A stretch of 64,000 bases of DNA from Clostridia bacterium (GTDB lineage: Bacteria > Bacillota > Clostridia > Christensenellales > CAG-917): positions 14,640 to 78,639 of the forward strand of contig JAFZMH010000003.1 in the NCBI GenBank assembly GCA_017553325.1, written 5' to 3'. The position numbers and the translations under genes are program-made. Under the pieces are notes generated by a model. The model had not been told where the DNA came from. It worked only from the letters and a program-made list of their open reading frames with translations, and did not search any database. This document shows, in pieces, positions 49,910 to 61,569 of this stretch (its first letter is position 1; each line of letters begins with the position of its first letter).

Positions 49910-50530
49910 ATGAAACTTAATGTTTTGAATATGGCAGGCAAGAAAGCCGGTACAGTTGAAGTTGACAGTTCTCTCTTCGGTTGCGAATTCAACGAAGCAC
50001 TCGTGCATCAAGTTGTTGTCGCACAACTCGCAAACAAGCGCCAAGGCACAATGAGCGCTTTGACAAGAACGGAAGTTCGTGGCGGTGGCGCAAAGCCGTA
50101 TCGTCAAAAGGGAACGGGCCGTGCGCGTCAAGGCTCCATCGTTGCTCCGCAATACGTCGGTGGCGGCGTGGTCTTTGCAAAGAAGCCGAGAAGTTTCACA
50201 CAAAAGATCAACAAAAACATGAAGACACAAGCGTTCTTCTCGGCACTCTCTGAGAAGATCCGTCAAAACGAAGTGGTCATCCTCGACAAGTTTGCACTTG
50301 ACGAAGTGAAGACGAGAGTCGTTGCAGACACGGTGAAGGCACTCGCACTCGAAGGCAAAACGCTCTTCGTTCTCGGCGAGTATGACCAAGACGCAGTTCG
50401 CGCAAGCAAGAACATCCCGGATGTGGGCGTTTGCGAGAGCAGACTCCTGAGCGTCTATGAAGTCGTCGCAACAAAGAACCTCGTCATCACGGTTGACGCA
50501 CTCAAACAATTTGAGGAGGCAGTAAAATGA
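49910..50530 (+). CDS. rplD: 50S ribosomal protein L4
   Basis: Carries RGGGAKPYRQKGTGRARQGS. Confidence 0.96.
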   Translation: MKLNVLNMAGKKAGTVEVDSSLFGCEFNEALVHQVVVAQLANKRQGTMSALTRTEVRGGGAKPYRQKGTGRARQGSIVAPQYVGGGVVFAKKPRSFTQKINKNMKTQAFFSALSEKIRQNEVVILDKFALDEVKTRVVADTVKALALEGKTLFVLGEYDQDAVRASKNIPDVGVCESRLLSVYEVVATKNLVITVDALKQFEEAVK

Positions 50531-50817
50531 CAGCATACGACATCATCATCGAGCCGATCCTTTCGGAAAAGAGCTATGACGGTATTCCCGCAAAGAAATA
50601 CACGTTCAAGGTCGCAAAAACTGCAACGAAGACTCAAATCAAGGCGGCGGTCGAACAAGTGTTCGGCGTAAAGGTTGCAAAAGTCAACACAGCAAACTAC
50701 GACGGCAAACTCAAGAGAATGGGCAGAAACGAGGGCAGACGCTCCGCTTACAAGAAAGCCTATGTCACCTTGACAGCCGACAGTAAGGCAATCGAGTTCT
50801 TCGAGAGCTTGGCATAA
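50527..50817 (+). CDS. rplW: 50S ribosomal protein L23
   Basis: Carries KYTFKVAKTATKTQIKAAVEQVFGVKV and overlaps the rplD stop. Confidence 0.95.
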   Translation: MTAYDIIIEPILSEKSYDGIPAKKYTFKVAKTATKTQIKAAVEQVFGVKVAKVNTANYDGKLKRMGRNEGRRSAYKKAYVTLTADSKAIEFFESLA

Positions 50818-50829
50818 GGAGAGAAAATT

Positions 50830-51657
50830 ATGGCGATTAAGAAATATAAACCAACATCTCCTGCACGCCGTTTCATGACGGTTTCCGCGTTTGAAGAAAT
50901 CACCAGCACGACTCCTGAGCGTTCACTTCTCGTGAGCCTCAACAAGAGCGGCGGTAGAAACGCTCAAGGCAGAATCACCGTTCGTCACATCGGCGGCGGC
51001 AACAGAAACAAATATCGTATCATCGACTTCAAGAGAAACAAAGACGGTATCCCGGCAGTTGTTGAATCTATTCAATATGATCCGAACCGTTCCGCAAACA
51101 TCGCGCTTCTCGTCTATGCAGACGGTGAAAAGAGATACATCTTGGCACCTCTCGGCTTGACGGTCGGCGACAAACTCGAAAGCGGTGAAAACGCGGATAT
51201 CAGAGTGGGCAACGCGCTTCCGCTCTCCGCAATTCCCGTCGGTACGATGATTCACAACATCGAGTTGCAACCCGGCAACGGCGGTATCATCGCAAGAGCA
51301 GCCGGCAACGCAGCGCAACTTATGGCAAAAGAAGGCAAGTACGCAATCGTTCGTATGCCAAGCGGTGAAATGAGATACATCCTCATCCAATGCCGTGCGA
51401 CAATCGGTCAAGTCGGCAACCTCGATCACGAGATCGTCCGCGTTGGCAAGGCAGGCAAAACGCGTCACATGGGCGTCAGACCAACAGTCCGTGGCGTCGT
51501 CATGAACCCGAACGACCACCCGCATGGCGGTGGCGAAGGCAAATCCCCTGTCGGTATGCCGTCACCTGTCACACCGTGGGGCAAACCTGCTCTCGGCTAT
51601 AAGACCAGAAAGAAGAAGAATGCAACAAGCAAGTTCATCATCAAGCGTGTGAACTAA
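50830..51657 (+). CDS. rplB: 50S ribosomal protein L2
   Basis: Carries [13 protein letters not shown] and [11 protein letters not shown]. Confidence 0.97.
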   Translation: MAIKKYKPTSPARRFMTVSAFEEITSTTPERSLLVSLNKSGGRNAQGRITVRHIGGGNRNKYRIIDFKRNKDGIPAVVESIQYDPNRSANIALLVYADGEKRYILAPLGLTVGDKLESGENADIRVGNALPLSAIPVGTMIHNIELQPGNGGIIARAAGNAAQLMAKEGKYAIVRMPSGEMRYILIQCRATIGQVGNLDHEIVRVGKAGKTRHMGVRPTVRGVVMNPNDHPHGGGEGKSPVGMPSPVTPWGKPALGYKTRKKKNATSKFIIKRVN

Positions 51658-51669
51658 TCGGAGGACAAT

Positions 51670-51948
51670 ATGAGTAGAAGTGTAAAGAAAGGCCCGTACG
51701 TTGAAGAGCGCCTTATGAACAGAATCAATGCGATGAACGAGTCCGGCAACCGCACGGCTGTCAAGACTTGGTCCCGCAGCTCCACGATTTTCCCTGAGAT
51801 GGTCGGTCACACGATTGCAGTGTACAACGGCAAACAACACGTTCCCGTTTACATCACCGAAGATATGGTCGGTTGCAAACTCGGCGAGTTCGCGCCTACG
51901 CGTACATTTAGAGGTCACGCGGGCGATAAGACGAGCGCGGGCAAATAA
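51670..51948 (+). CDS. rpsS: 30S ribosomal protein S19
   Basis: Carries [11 protein letters not shown] and [15 protein letters not shown]. Confidence 0.97.
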   Translation: MSRSVKKGPYVEERLMNRINAMNESGNRTAVKTWSRSSTIFPEMVGHTIAVYNGKQHVPVYITEDMVGCKLGEFAPTRTFRGHAGDKTSAGK

Positions 51949-51960
51949 TAGGAGGAAACT

Positions 51961-52347
51961 ATGGCTACAAGAACCAGACAAAAAGCATTGGATCGTCAAG
52001 CAAACGCAGACTTGAGACCGAGAGCGACAGCGAAGTTCGTCAGAATTTCTCCTTTCAAAGTCAGAGTCGTGCTTAACGTCATCAGAGGCAAATCAGTCGT
52101 CGAAGCCCTTGCGATTTTGGAAAATACTCCAAAGGCTGCAAGCGAAGTTCTCGTAAAACTCTTGAACAGCGCAATCGCAAACGGCGAAAACAATCAAAAT
52201 CTTGCAAAATCCGATATGTTCGTCGCGGAAGCGTACGCAAACGAAGGTCCAACCCTCAAGCGTATTCAACCGGTGTCTAAGGGCAGAGCATATCGCATCA
52301 ACAAGAGAACGAGTCACATCACGATCGTGCTCGACACGAGAGCGTAA
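51961..52347 (+). CDS. rplV: 50S ribosomal protein L22
   Basis: Carries [21 protein letters not shown]. Confidence 0.96.
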   Translation: MATRTRQKALDRQANADLRPRATAKFVRISPFKVRVVLNVIRGKSVVEALAILENTPKAASEVLVKLLNSAIANGENNQNLAKSDMFVAEAYANEGPTLKRIQPVSKGRAYRINKRTSHITIVLDTRA

Positions 52348-52361
52348 TAGGAGGTATACAA

Positions 52362-53024
52362 ATGGGACAAAAAGTTGATCCAAACGGTCTCCGTACCGGT
52401 ATTATCAAACCGTGGTCTTCCAAGTGGTATGCCGACAAGGCGCACTTTGCCGACAATATCGTCGAAGACGACAAAATCAGAAAATTCATCAAAAAGAAAT
52501 ACTACGAGCAAGCCATCTCCAAGATCGTCATCGAAAGAGCGGCTGACAAAGTAGTCGTGGCTATCCACACCGCAAGACCTGCAGTCCTTATCGGCAAAGC
52601 TGGCGCAGGCGTTGAAGATATCAAGAAAGAAGTTGAAAAACTCGTTGCTTCCGGCAAGAAGGTCAGCATCAACATCATGGAAGTCAAACATCCGGATGCG
52701 GACGCACAACTCGTTGCAGAAAACATCGCGCATCAACTCGAACAAAGAGCATCCTTCCGTCGCGCTATGAAGCAAGCAATGTCCAAGGCAATGAAAGCCG
52801 GTGCAAAGGGTGTCAAAACGATGGTCAGCGGACGTCTTGACGGTGCTGAAATCGCAAGAAGCGAGCAATACAGAGAAGGTTCTATCCCTCTTCAAACGCT
52901 CAGAGCGGACATCGAATACGGCGTTGCGACAGCGAACACAACATTTGGTGCTATCGGCGTCAAGTGCTGGATCTACAAGGGTGAAATCCTTGGCAAAAAT
53001 CCACTTGAAGGAGGAAATCAATAA
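52362..53024 (+). CDS. rpsC: 30S ribosomal protein S3
   Basis: Carries [11 protein letters not shown] and a KH domain. Confidence 0.97.
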   Translation: MGQKVDPNGLRTGIIKPWSSKWYADKAHFADNIVEDDKIRKFIKKKYYEQAISKIVIERAADKVVVAIHTARPAVLIGKAGAGVEDIKKEVEKLVASGKKVSINIMEVKHPDADAQLVAENIAHQLEQRASFRRAMKQAMSKAMKAGAKGVKTMVSGRLDGAEIARSEQYREGSIPLQTLRADIEYGVATANTTFGAIGVKCWIYKGEILGKNPLEGGNQ

Positions 53025-53461
53025 TGTTAATGCCTAAACGCGTCAAGAGACGCAGACAAATGCGCGGCAGAATGAAAGGCAAAGCAAACAAGGGCAACAT
53101 CGTCGCATACGGCGAGTTCGGTCTTGTTGCAACTGAGCCGGGCTGGATTACCTCCAACCAAATCGAAGCAGCTCGTGTCGCTATGACAAGATACATCAAG
53201 CGTGGCGGTCAAGTCTGGGTGGACATCTTCCCACACAAGCCAGTCACAAAGAAGCCTGCTGAAACCCGTATGGGTTCCGGTAAAGGTTCTCCCGAATACT
53301 GGGTAGCAGTCGTTAAGCCGGGTCGTGTCATGTTTGAAATGGCAGGCATCGACGAATCAGTAGCAAAAGAGGCACTCCGTCTCGCAGCAAACAAACTTCC
53401 AGTCAAGTGCAAGTTTGTGAGAGCTGAGGACGTCAACGGTGTCGAAGGCGGTGAACAATGA
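53024..53461 (+). CDS. rplP: 50S ribosomal protein L16
   Basis: Sequence begins [19 protein letters not shown]. Confidence 0.97.
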   Translation: MLMPKRVKRRRQMRGRMKGKANKGNIVAYGEFGLVATEPGWITSNQIEAARVAMTRYIKRGGQVWVDIFPHKPVTKKPAETRMGSGKGSPEYWVAVVKPGRVMFEMAGIDESVAKEALRLAANKLPVKCKFVRAEDVNGVEGGEQ

Positions 53462-53667
53462 AATCTAAACAAGTATTGGAAATGACAGATAAAGAACTCC
53501 AAGATAAGTTGAACGAACTCAAAGCGGAACTCTTTTCTCTCCGTTTTAAGAACGCAACGAATCAATTGACAAATCCTATGCTTCTTGTTGAGACAAGACG
53601 AGATATCGCTCGTATCAAGACTGTTATCCGTCAAAGAGAACTTGCTCGCGCAAAGAACGAGGGTTAA
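53458..53667 (+). CDS. rpmC: 50S ribosomal protein L29
   Basis: Carries [25 protein letters not shown]. Confidence 0.95.
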   Translation: MKSKQVLEMTDKELQDKLNELKAELFSLRFKNATNQLTNPMLLVETRRDIARIKTVIRQRELARAKNEG

Positions 53668-53679
53668 TCGGAGGGCTAT

Positions 53680-53937
53680 ATGGAAGAAAGAAATCTTAGA
53701 AAAGAAAGAGTGGGTATCGTCGTAAGCGACAAGATGGACAAGACGGTCGTCGTCTCCATCTCCGAGCGCGTCAAACATCCGCTTTATAAAAAGATTGTAA
53801 GTCGCACCAAGAAACTCAAAGCGCACGACGAAAACAACGAGTGCGGTATCGGTGACAAGGTGCTCGTCGCAGAGACTCGTCCTTTGTCGAAAGACAAATG
53901 CTGGAGAGTCGTTGAGATTATCGAGAAAGCGAAATAA
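53680..53937 (+). CDS. rpsQ: 30S ribosomal protein S17
   Basis: Carries [19 protein letters not shown]. Confidence 0.96.
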   Translation: MEERNLRKERVGIVVSDKMDKTVVVSISERVKHPLYKKIVSRTKKLKAHDENNECGIGDKVLVAETRPLSKDKCWRVVEIIEKAK

Positions 53938-53949
53938 TGGAGGGACGCT

Positions 53950-54318
53950 ATGATTCAACCTTTAAGTTGGCTTAAAGTCGCAGACAACAGCGGCGCTAAG
54001 GAAATTATGTGTATCAGAGTCTTGGGCGGTTCTTTCAGAAGAAGCGGCAATATCGGCGACGTTATCGTTGCTTCCGTGAAATCGGCAATCCCGGGCGGCA
54101 AGGTTAAAAAAGGCGACGTGGTGAAGGCGGTTATCGTTCGTACGACGTTCGGTCTCCAAAGAGAAGACGGAAGCTACATCAAGTTCGACGACAACGCGGC
54201 GGTCATCATCGACAACCAAAAGCAACCGCAAGGCACTCGTATTTTTGGGCCTATCGCAAGAGAACTCCGTGAAAAAGATTACACGAAGATCATTTCTCTC
54301 GCACCTGAAGTTTTGTAA
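53950..54318 (+). CDS. rplN: 50S ribosomal protein L14
   Basis: Carries [27 protein letters not shown]. Confidence 0.97.
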   Translation: MIQPLSWLKVADNSGAKEIMCIRVLGGSFRRSGNIGDVIVASVKSAIPGGKVKKGDVVKAVIVRTTFGLQREDGSYIKFDDNAAVIIDNQKQPQGTRIFGPIARELREKDYTKIISLAPEVL

Positions 54319-54330
54319 TTGGAGGGAACT

Positions 54331-54726
54331 ATGGCAAAATTGAGTGTTAAAAAGGGCGATAACGTTATGGTTATCGCAGGCAAAGACGCAGGCAAGGTCG
54401 GCAAGGTCTTGAAAGTCAGAGACGACGGCCGCATCTACGTCGAAGGCATCAATTTGGTATCAAAGAGCAGAAAGCCGAGAAACGCACAAGACAAGGGCGG
54501 TATCATCAAGCAAGAAGGCACAGTCGACGCATCCAACGTTATGCACGTTTGCCCCGCTTGCGGTGAAGTCGTGAGAGTCGCGCACGAGTTGCAAGACGTG
54601 AACGGAAAGCAAAAGTCCGTCAGAGTCTGCCCGAAGTGCCATGCGTCACTCGATGAGAAGAAGCCTTCCGCAAAGAAAGTTGCAAAGAAGGCTGCAAAGA
54701 AAAAAGCAGAAAAGTCGGAAGACTAA
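54331..54726 (+). CDS. rplX: 50S ribosomal protein L24 (Zn-ribbon form with Lys-rich tail)
   Basis: Has the KOW motif KKGDNVMVIAGKDAGKVGKV, then CPACG...CPKC and a KKVAKKAAKKKAEK tail. ATG 54331 follows GGAGGG. Confidence 0.93.
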   Translation: MAKLSVKKGDNVMVIAGKDAGKVGKVLKVRDDGRIYVEGINLVSKSRKPRNAQDKGGIIKQEGTVDASNVMHVCPACGEVVRVAHELQDVNGKQKSVRVCPKCHASLDEKKPSAKKVAKKAAKKKAEKSED

Positions 54727-54744
54727 TAAATCGGAGGTAATATC

Positions 54745-55350
54745 GTGGCAGAAAAGAAAAATCAGGTTGCTAAAGCACCTGCAACCGATCAAAATGCTGG
54801 TAATGCTGAAAGATATCGTATGAGAAAGCAGTACACGGAAGAAGTTGTGCCGGCTCTCATCAAACGCTTTGGCTACAAGAACATCAACGAAGTTCCGCGC
54901 CTTGACAAGATCGTCCTCAACATGGGCCTCGGCGACTGCAAAGACAACAGCAAGTCCTTGCAACTCGCAGTCGAAGAACTCAAGATGATTTCGGGACAAA
55001 AGCCCGTCATCACAAAGGCAAAGAAATCCGTTGCAAACTTCAAGGTTAGAGAAGGCATGAACGTTGGCGCAAAGGTCACGCTTCGCGGCAACAGAATGTA
55101 CGACTTCCTTGACAAATTTATCTCTATAGCACTCCCGAGAGTCCGCGACTTCCGCGGCGTATCTTCCAAGTCGTTCGACGGCAGAGGCAACTATGCAGTC
55201 GGCGTCAAGGAACAACTTATTTTCCCTGAAATCGAATTCGACAAAGTGGAAAAGGTTAGGGGATTCGACATCTGCGTCGTCACGACGGCGAAGACGGACG
55301 AAGAGGCACGCGAGCTTTTGAAGCTCCTCGGCATGCCGTTTGCAAAGTAA
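54745..55350 (+). CDS. rplE: 50S ribosomal protein L5 (possible 25-aa N-terminal extension, GTG start)
   Basis: Carries [17 protein letters not shown] 54745 lies 7 nt after GGAGG. The alternative ATG 54820 ([10 protein letters not shown]) would give a canonical length but has a weak SD. Confidence 0.9.
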   Translation: MAEKKNQVAKAPATDQNAGNAERYRMRKQYTEEVVPALIKRFGYKNINEVPRLDKIVLNMGLGDCKDNSKSLQLAVEELKMISGQKPVITKAKKSVANFKVREGMNVGAKVTLRGNRMYDFLDKFISIALPRVRDFRGVSSKSFDGRGNYAVGVKEQLIFPEIEFDKVEKVRGFDICVVTTAKTDEEARELLKLLGMPFAK

Positions 55351-55360
55351 GGAGTGAACT

Positions 55361-55546
55361 ATGGCGAAAACATCAATGAAAGTTAAGCAACAAAGACCAC
55401 AAAAATTCTCGACGCGTGAATATACACGTTGCCGTATTTGCGGACGTCCACACGCCGTGCTCAAAAAGTACGGTATTTGCAGAGTTTGCTTCAGGAACCT
55501 CGCTTATAAGGGCGAACTTCCCGGAGTGAAGAAAGCAAGTTGGTAA
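55361..55546 (+). CDS. rpsN: 30S ribosomal protein S14 type Z (zinc-binding)
   Basis: It is 61 aa with CRICG...CRVC. Confidence 0.96.
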   Translation: MAKTSMKVKQQRPQKFSTREYTRCRICGRPHAVLKKYGICRVCFRNLAYKGELPGVKKASW

Positions 55547-55561
55547 TAGGAGGCACATATT

Positions 55562-55957
55562 ATGACTGATCCAATTGCAGATATGCTGACAAGAATAAGA
55601 AACGCCTTGACCGCAAAGCACGAAACCGTTGAAATTCCGGCGAGCAAAATCAAGGTCGCAATAGCAGACATACTCGTGAGAGAGGGCTACGTGAAGTCCT
55701 ACGAAATCGTTGAAGGCGAAGTGCAGAATACGATTCTCGTGACGCTCAAGTACGCTCCCAATAAGAACCAAAAGGTTCTTACCGGTCTCAAGAGAGTATC
55801 CACCCCGGGTTTGCGCGTTTATGCAAGCGTTGACAATCTCCCGAGAGTTTTGAACGGTATGGGTATCGCCATCCTTTCGACCTCGAAGGGCATTCTCACG
55901 GACAAGGAAGCAAAAGCCCAACACATCGGCGGCGAAGTGCTTGCCTATATTTGGTAA
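55562..55957 (+). CDS. rpsH: 30S ribosomal protein S8
   Basis: Sequence begins [15 protein letters not shown]. Confidence 0.97.
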   Translation: MTDPIADMLTRIRNALTAKHETVEIPASKIKVAIADILVREGYVKSYEIVEGEVQNTILVTLKYAPNKNQKVLTGLKRVSTPGLRVYASVDNLPRVLNGMGIAILSTSKGILTDKEAKAQHIGGEVLAYIW

Positions 55958-55968
55958 GGAGGTGCGCT

Positions 55969-56508
55969 ATGTCAAGAATCGGTAGAGCTCCTATCGCACT
56001 CCCACAAGGTGTGACATTTGAAAACAAGGACAACCTCATCACCGTGAAAGGTCCGCTCGGCACGCTCACTCAAAAGGTTGACAAGTCCATCGACGTCGCG
56101 CTTGAAAACGGACACATCGTTTGCACGCGCCACTCCGACGACAAAGACCACAGAGCACTCCACGGACTCTATCGCGCGCTCATCCACAATATGGTGGTCG
56201 GCGTCACGAAGGGCTTTGAGAAATCTCTCATCGTCAGCGGTGTCGGTTATAAACTCCAAGTGACAGGCAACAAACTCGTGATGAACATCGGTTTCTCACA
56301 TCCGGTTGAAGTCGTTGCTCCGGCAGGCATTCAATTCGCCCTCCCGCAACCGCTTGAAATCGTCGTAAAGGGCATTGATCGTCAACTCGTCGGTCAAACA
56401 GCCGCAACGATCAAAGCCATCAAACCGGTCGAGCCTTATCATGGATACGGCATTCACTACAAGGATGAACCCGTTATCCACAAAGAAGGCAAGAGAGCGA
56501 CTAAGTAA
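55969..56508 (+). CDS. rplF: 50S ribosomal protein L6
   Basis: Sequence begins [18 protein letters not shown] 55969 follows AAGGAGG. Confidence 0.96.
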   Translation: MSRIGRAPIALPQGVTFENKDNLITVKGPLGTLTQKVDKSIDVALENGHIVCTRHSDDKDHRALHGLYRALIHNMVVGVTKGFEKSLIVSGVGYKLQVTGNKLVMNIGFSHPVEVVAPAGIQFALPQPLEIVVKGIDRQLVGQTAATIKAIKPVEPYHGYGIHYKDEPVIHKEGKRATK

Positions 56509-56519
56509 GAGGTGAGACT

Positions 56520-56888
56520 ATGATTAGTAAGAAAGATAAAAATCAAGACAGAGTTATCCGTCACGCAAGAGTCAGAAAGAAAGTCAACGGTACGGAACAA
56601 AGACCGCGTCTTTCAGTCTACAGAAGCACAAACCATATTTACGCTCAACTTATCGACGACGTGAAGGGCACAACTCTTTGCGCAGCGTCCACGCTTGAAA
56701 AGGAAGTCGCACCGAAGGTTGCAGACCTCTCCAAGAGCGAGGCGGCAAAGGTCGTCGGCAAGGCAGTCGCGGAAAAAGCTCTCAAACTCGGCATAAAAGA
56801 AGTCGTGTTCGACAGAGGCGGCTATCTCTACACGGGCAGAGTTCAGGCACTCGCAGAAGGCGCAAGAGAAGCCGGATTGGAGTTTTAA
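56520..56888 (+). CDS. rplR: 50S ribosomal protein L18
   Basis: Carries [20 protein letters not shown]. Confidence 0.96.
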   Translation: MISKKDKNQDRVIRHARVRKKVNGTEQRPRLSVYRSTNHIYAQLIDDVKGTTLCAASTLEKEVAPKVADLSKSEAAKVVGKAVAEKALKLGIKEVVFDRGGYLYTGRVQALAEGAREAGLEF

Positions 56889-56900
56889 TCGGAGGGTATT

Positions 56901-57419
56901 ATGGCAGAAAATCGTGATAGAAGAAATGACAGAAACAGAGAAGAAAACGACGGTTTGACCAAAAAGCTCATCGCTATCAACCGTGTCACGAAGACCGTTA
57001 AGGGCGGCAAGAATATGCGTTTTAGCGCACTCGTAGTCGTCGGCGACGGCGCAGGCAAGGTCGGTCTCGGTATGGGCAAGGCAGCCGAAGTTCCGGAAGC
57101 AATCGAAAAGGCAACGCAACAAGCGAAGCGCAATTTGCATCCTATTTCTCTCAAAGGTAACACAATTCCTCACGCAACGGTCGGCAAATTCGAAAGCGGC
57201 GAAGTTTTGCTTCTCCCCGCCGAAGAAGGTACCGGCGTTATCGCAGGCGGCGCGGCACGTATGGTCCTCGAAGTCGCAGGCGTCAAGGACATTCGTTCCA
57301 AGACACTCGGCTCCAGAAACAAAATCAACTGGGCAAAGGCAACCATCAACGGTCTCGACAGCTTGAGAAACGAAGACGAAATCGCGGCACTTCGCGGTGT
57401 CGAAGTCGTCTCTGACTAA
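56901..57419 (+). CDS. rpsE: 30S ribosomal protein S5
   Basis: Carries [24 protein letters not shown]. Confidence 0.97.
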   Translation: MAENRDRRNDRNREENDGLTKKLIAINRVTKTVKGGKNMRFSALVVVGDGAGKVGLGMGKAAEVPEAIEKATQQAKRNLHPISLKGNTIPHATVGKFESGEVLLLPAEEGTGVIAGGAARMVLEVAGVKDIRSKTLGSRNKINWAKATINGLDSLRNEDEIAALRGVEVVSD

Positions 57420-57433
57420 CGGAGGGTATGAAA

Positions 57434-57619
57434 ATGGCAGAAAAACAAGTCAAGGTCACACTCGTAAAGAGTCCGAACGGCATTCTCAAGAATCAAAAGG
57501 CAAATCTTGAAGCACTCGGCTTGCACAAAATCGGCAATTCCAGAGTCTTCAACGACAACGCTGCGCTTAGAGGCAAACTCTTCAAGGTTTCTCACCTTGT
57601 AAAAGTTGAAGAAATCTAA
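57434..57619 (+). CDS. rpmD: 50S ribosomal protein L30
   Basis: Carries KVTLVKSPNGILKNQKANLEALGLHKIG. The start at 57434 was chosen for SD spacing; ATG 57428 is an alternative. Confidence 0.93.
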   Translation: MAEKQVKVTLVKSPNGILKNQKANLEALGLHKIGNSRVFNDNAALRGKLFKVSHLVKVEEI

Positions 57620-57634
57620 AGGAGGAACAGTCTT

Positions 57635-58081
57635 ATGAGTATTCATGAACTTAAACCGGCGGAAGGCGCAAGAACTTCCGAAAAGAGAATCGGTCGCGGT
57701 ATCGGTTCCGGTATGGGCAAAACATCTACTCGTGGCCACAAAGGTCAATGGGCTAGAAGCGGCGGCGGCGTGCGTCCGAACTTTGAAGGCGGACAAATGC
57801 CGATGACAAGGCGTCTCCCGAAAATCGGTTTCAACAACAAGAGATTCGAACACGCCTATAATACCGTCAACGTCGACGTTTTCAACAGATTTGAAGACGG
57901 TCAAACAGTCGGTATTGACGAACTCGTAGCAAGCGGTCTCATCAAGAAGGTCTTGCCGTACGGTCTCAAAGTCCTCGGCAACGGCAATCTCGAAAAGAAA
58001 CTCACAATCAAGGCTGACAAGTTCACCGCGACTGCCAAAGAAAAAATCGAAAAGGCAGGCGGCACAGTTGAGGTGCTATAA
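57635..58081 (+). CDS. rplO: 50S ribosomal protein L15
   Basis: Carries [19 protein letters not shown]. Confidence 0.96.
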   Translation: MSIHELKPAEGARTSEKRIGRGIGSGMGKTSTRGHKGQWARSGGGVRPNFEGGQMPMTRRLPKIGFNNKRFEHAYNTVNVDVFNRFEDGQTVGIDELVASGLIKKVLPYGLKVLGNGNLEKKLTIKADKFTATAKEKIEKAGGTVEVL

Positions 58082-59433
58082 TGTTTGAAACCTTAGTTAA
58101 CGCTTTTAAGACGAAAGAAATCAGAGTGAAAATTTGGTTCACCTTGCTTTTCATCCTCGTCTACAGAATAGGTTGCTACATCCCTGTTCCGACGCTCTAT
58201 GCCGACATCATCGAAGCGAGAATAACCTCAAACGGTTTCCTCGGCATTTTGAGTACGATAACCGGCGGTTCTTTGCAAAACGCAACCGTGTTTGCACTGG
58301 GCATTTTGCCTTTCATCAACGCCTTCATTATCATGCAACTCTTGACGCTCGTCATTCCTGCGCTTGAGAGATTGTCAAAAGAGGGCGAAGAGGGCAGAAA
58401 CAAGCTCACGCAAATCACGAGAATCGTGGCAATCGTGCTCGCAGTCGTACAGGCAATCGGCGTAGTCGTGGCGTTCCAAAGCGCAATCAGACCGTTGTTC
58501 CCGTTTGAGAACGCGGAGATTGCGGGAGAAGCGGCGTGGAAGTATCCGTATCTGTCTATGGCGTTTACCATCATCATATTGGTCGGCGGTTCGACGATGG
58601 TTATGTGGTTGAGCGAAAGAATTACCGAACACGGTATCGCAAACGGCTCTTCCATCATAATCTTCATCGGTATCTTGGCTACGGCCGGTACGACTATGGC
58701 GAACGCGTTCAAGTTGGTCGGAAACAACTGGACGTATATTTGGAACATCATAGGATATATCTTGGTGGTCGTTGTGATCTTTGCGTTTATCGTCTTCATT
58801 GACGGCGCGGAGAGAAGAATAACCGTCCAATATTCCAAGCAAATCAAGGGCAACAAGATGTACGGCGGACAAACGACGTATATCCCGATCCGCGTCAACG
58901 GTTCCGGCGTCATGCCGATAATCTTCGCGTCATCGCTCATTATGTTCCCGCAAATGATTATATCCTTGTTCTTCAGCGACTCCGTTGTCAACGGCACTTC
59001 GGTTGCAGGGTGGTACGCAAAGTATCTCGGCTCGGACACCGCGGTCTACTACGTGTTCCTCGCGCTCTTCATTTTGGCTTTCAGCTACTTTTATGCTCAA
59101 ATCCAATTCAACCCCGAAGACGTTTCGAGAAACATCCAACAGTACGGCGGCTTCATTCCGGGCATTCGCGCGGGCAAACCGACGAGCGATTTCTTGAAGA
59201 AGATAAACAACCGTATCACATTGTTCGGCGCACTCTTCCTCATGATTATCGCGCTCGTCCCGACCTTCATCTTCAAGGCGTTGTCCAACGAATATTCGGG
59301 TGGCGACAACCTCGGGTTCAGCAGTGCGTTCTCCGCAACGGGACTTCTCATCGTCGTCTCGGTCGCGCTCGAAATCAACAAGCAACTTGAATCTCAGATT
59401 ATGATGAAGCACTACAAGGGCTTCCTCAAATAA
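58081..59433 (+). CDS. secY: preprotein translocase subunit SecY
   Basis: Has 10 hydrophobic helices, sits at the spc-operon position, and its TAATG overlaps the rplO stop. Confidence 0.95.
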   Translation: MFETLVNAFKTKEIRVKIWFTLLFILVYRIGCYIPVPTLYADIIEARITSNGFLGILSTITGGSLQNATVFALGILPFINAFIIMQLLTLVIPALERLSKEGEEGRNKLTQITRIVAIVLAVVQAIGVVVAFQSAIRPLFPFENAEIAGEAAWKYPYLSMAFTIIILVGGSTMVMWLSERITEHGIANGSSIIIFIGILATAGTTMANAFKLVGNNWTYIWNIIGYILVVVVIFAFIVFIDGAERRITVQYSKQIKGNKMYGGQTTYIPIRVNGSGVMPIIFASSLIMFPQMIISLFFSDSVVNGTSVAGWYAKYLGSDTAVYYVFLALFILAFSYFYAQIQFNPEDVSRNIQQYGGFIPGIRAGKPTSDFLKKINNRITLFGALFLMIIALVPTFIFKALSNEYSGGDNLGFSSAFSATGLLIVVSVALEINKQLESQIMMKHYKGFLK

Positions 59434-59505
59434 TCGACCAAATCAGGCAAAAAACGTGTGCGAACGAAAGTCCGCATGCGTCGTTTTGCAAAATAATACC
59501 GTCTT

Positions 59506-60129
59506 ATGAAAAATATTATTTTGTTGGGCGCCCCCGGCGCAGGAAAAGGAACTCAAGCGGCTTTGATTGCGGAAGAATACAAAGTTCCGCACATTTCGAC
59601 GGGTGATATTCTCCGTCGCAACATCAAGGAAGGCACTCCGCTCGGTCTCAAAGCGAAGTCCTATATCGACGCGGGCGGACTCGTTCCGGACGAAGTCGTA
59701 ATCGGACTCGTCGAAGACAGACTCAAAGAAGCAGACTGCAAAAACGGTTATATTCTCGACGGTTTCCCGCGCACGATAGCGCAAGCGGAAGCACTCGACA
59801 AAGTCGCGAGAATCGACCTTGCAATCAACATCGACGTCCCGTTTGAGACGATAATCGAGAGACTCGGCGGCAGAAGAGTTTGCGTGTGCGGTGAAACGTA
59901 TCACGTGTCAATGCTGAACGGCGAAACGAATTGCCGTAAGTGCGGCAAACCGTTGTTCGTTCGCGACGACGACAAGCCGGAAACGGTCAAAAAGCGTCTC
60001 GACACTTACGAGAAGCAAACCGCTCCGCTCATCAACTATTACGGCGCTCAGGGCAAGCTCGTGAACGTGGCGGCGGTCAACAGCATCGAAGAGAACTTCG
60101 CGGCGGTCAAAAAGGTCCTAAATGATTGA
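59506..60129 (+). CDS. adk: adenylate kinase
   Basis: Carries the P-loop [13 protein letters not shown] and a Cys-containing lid (CVCG...CRKCG). Confidence 0.96.
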   Translation: MKNIILLGAPGAGKGTQAALIAEEYKVPHISTGDILRRNIKEGTPLGLKAKSYIDAGGLVPDEVVIGLVEDRLKEADCKNGYILDGFPRTIAQAEALDKVARIDLAINIDVPFETIIERLGGRRVCVCGETYHVSMLNGETNCRKCGKPLFVRDDDKPETVKKRLDTYEKQTAPLINYYGAQGKLVNVAAVNSIEENFAAVKKVLND

Positions 60130-60859
60130 GCTTAAAAGTCCGAGAGAAATAGAGTGTATGAGGAAGGCCGGGCACATCCTTCGCGACCTGTTCCTGGAAC
60201 TCGGCGAGAGGGTTAAACCCGGAGTTTCTCTCAAAAAACTCGACGAATTTGCTTACGACTATATAAAGAGACACGGTTGCACTCCGTCCTGTCTCGGCTA
60301 CGGGGGTTTCCCCGGCACGATATGCGCGTCGGTTGACGAGCAGGTGGTGCACGGTTTCCCGACTGTTAGACGTCTCGAAGAGGGACAAATCGTGGGGTTG
60401 GACATAGTCCTCGCCCTCAACGGTTGGATGGCGGACGCAACGAGAACGTATCTCGTCGGCGAAGTGAGCGAAGAAAAGAAAGCGCTCGTAAGAACGACGG
60501 AAGAGAGTTTCTTTGAAGGCGTAAAGCAATTCAAGGTCGGCAACAGGCTTGGCGACGTTTCTCACGCGATACAGGAGTACAACGAGGCAAGAGGCTACGG
60601 CGTCGTGCGTGCGATGTGCGGTCACGGTATCGGCAGAGAGATGCACGAAGACCCGTCCGTGCCGAACTACGGCAAGGCGGGACACGGACCGAAATTGGAA
60701 GTCGGTATGGTGCTTGCGATAGAACCTATGGTGAACATGGGGACGTGGCAGGTGCTCGAAGACGGTTGGAAGTGTGTGACGCTGGACGGCAAGCCGTCGG
60801 CTCACTACGAGAATACGGTTGCGCTCACCGAAAACGGCGCGGAAATTTTGACTTTGTGA
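60122..60859 (+). CDS. map: type I methionine aminopeptidase
   Basis: Carries [12 protein letters not shown] and the metal ligands in GLDIV...HGIGREMHE...EPM. Confidence 0.95.
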   Translation: MIELKSPREIECMRKAGHILRDLFLELGERVKPGVSLKKLDEFAYDYIKRHGCTPSCLGYGGFPGTICASVDEQVVHGFPTVRRLEEGQIVGLDIVLALNGWMADATRTYLVGEVSEEKKALVRTTEESFFEGVKQFKVGNRLGDVSHAIQEYNEARGYGVVRAMCGHGIGREMHEDPSVPNYGKAGHGPKLEVGMVLAIEPMVNMGTWQVLEDGWKCVTLDGKPSAHYENTVALTENGAEILTL

Positions 60860-60860
60860 T

Positions 60861-61121
60861 ATGGAATTGGGGCAGGTTGTTTTTTCAAAGGTAGGTCGCG
60901 ACAGCGGGAAATTCTACGCAGTCGTCGAAATCGTTGACGAACAGCGCGTCCGTATCGCGGACGGCGATCTCCGCCGTATCGCAAAGGCGAAACTCAAAAA
61001 CGTAAAGCATTTGCAGTCCAACGGGGACGTCCTCGAAAAGATTGCGGAAAAACTCAAAAACGGAACGCAGGTGTTCGACGCCGAACTGTTCAGCGCACTC
61101 CGTTTTTACAATGAAAAATAA
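60861..61121 (+). CDS. KOW-domain RNA-binding protein
   Basis: [21 protein letters not shown] is KOW-like. It occupies the conserved map-infA position seen in Clostridia. Confidence 0.65.
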   Translation: MELGQVVFSKVGRDSGKFYAVVEIVDEQRVRIADGDLRRIAKAKLKNVKHLQSNGDVLEKIAEKLKNGTQVFDAELFSALRFYNEK

Positions 61122-61135
61122 TTATAGGGGAGTTT

Positions 61136-61354
61136 ATGTCCAAAGAAGACGTTATTGAAACCGAAGGCAAGGTCATCGAAGTTTTGCCGAAGACGCAATT
61201 CAGAGTCCAACTTTCAAACGGGCACGAGATACTCGCATATCTCGGCGGCAAATTGCGCATCAACAACATCAGAATTCTTGAAGGCGACAAGGTGAAAATC
61301 GAAATGTCGCCGTACGACCTCGAAAAAGGCAGAATCGTTTACCGCAACAAATAA
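61136..61354 (+). CDS. infA: translation initiation factor IF-1
   Basis: Carries [35 protein letters not shown]. Confidence 0.97.
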   Translation: MSKEDVIETEGKVIEVLPKTQFRVQLSNGHEILAYLGGKLRINNIRILEGDKVKIEMSPYDLEKGRIVYRNK

Positions 61355-61396
61355 CGAAACCCTTTCGGTCACAAATTCAAACTCGTGGAGGTTATC

Positions 61397-61513
61397 ATGA
61401 AAGTCAGACCAAGTGTCAAACCTATGTGCGACAAATGCAAAGTTATCAAGAGAAACGGCAGAGTTATGGTTATCTGCTCAAAGTATCCAAATCACAAACA
61501 ACGCCAAGGCTGA
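61397..61513 (+). CDS. rpmJ: 50S ribosomal protein L36 (zinc form)
   Basis: Below the ORF-track size cutoff. Manual translation gives [38 protein letters not shown], with GGAGG 7 nt upstream. Confidence 0.93.
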   Translation: MKVRPSVKPMCDKCKVIKRNGRVMVICSKYPNHKQRQG

Positions 61514-61540
61514 TATTTTGAAAATTTCTTGCGCATTTGC

Positions 61541-61569
61541 TTGATTTGCAGAAAATTTTTTGGTATAAT
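61541..61569 (+). promoter_or_regulatory. internal sigma-70-type promoter for the alpha operon
   Basis: TTGATT (61541-61546), a 17-nt spacer, then TGgTATAAT (hexamer at 61564-61569). A hairpin-rich leader of about 210 nt follows before rpsM. Confidence 0.55.
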
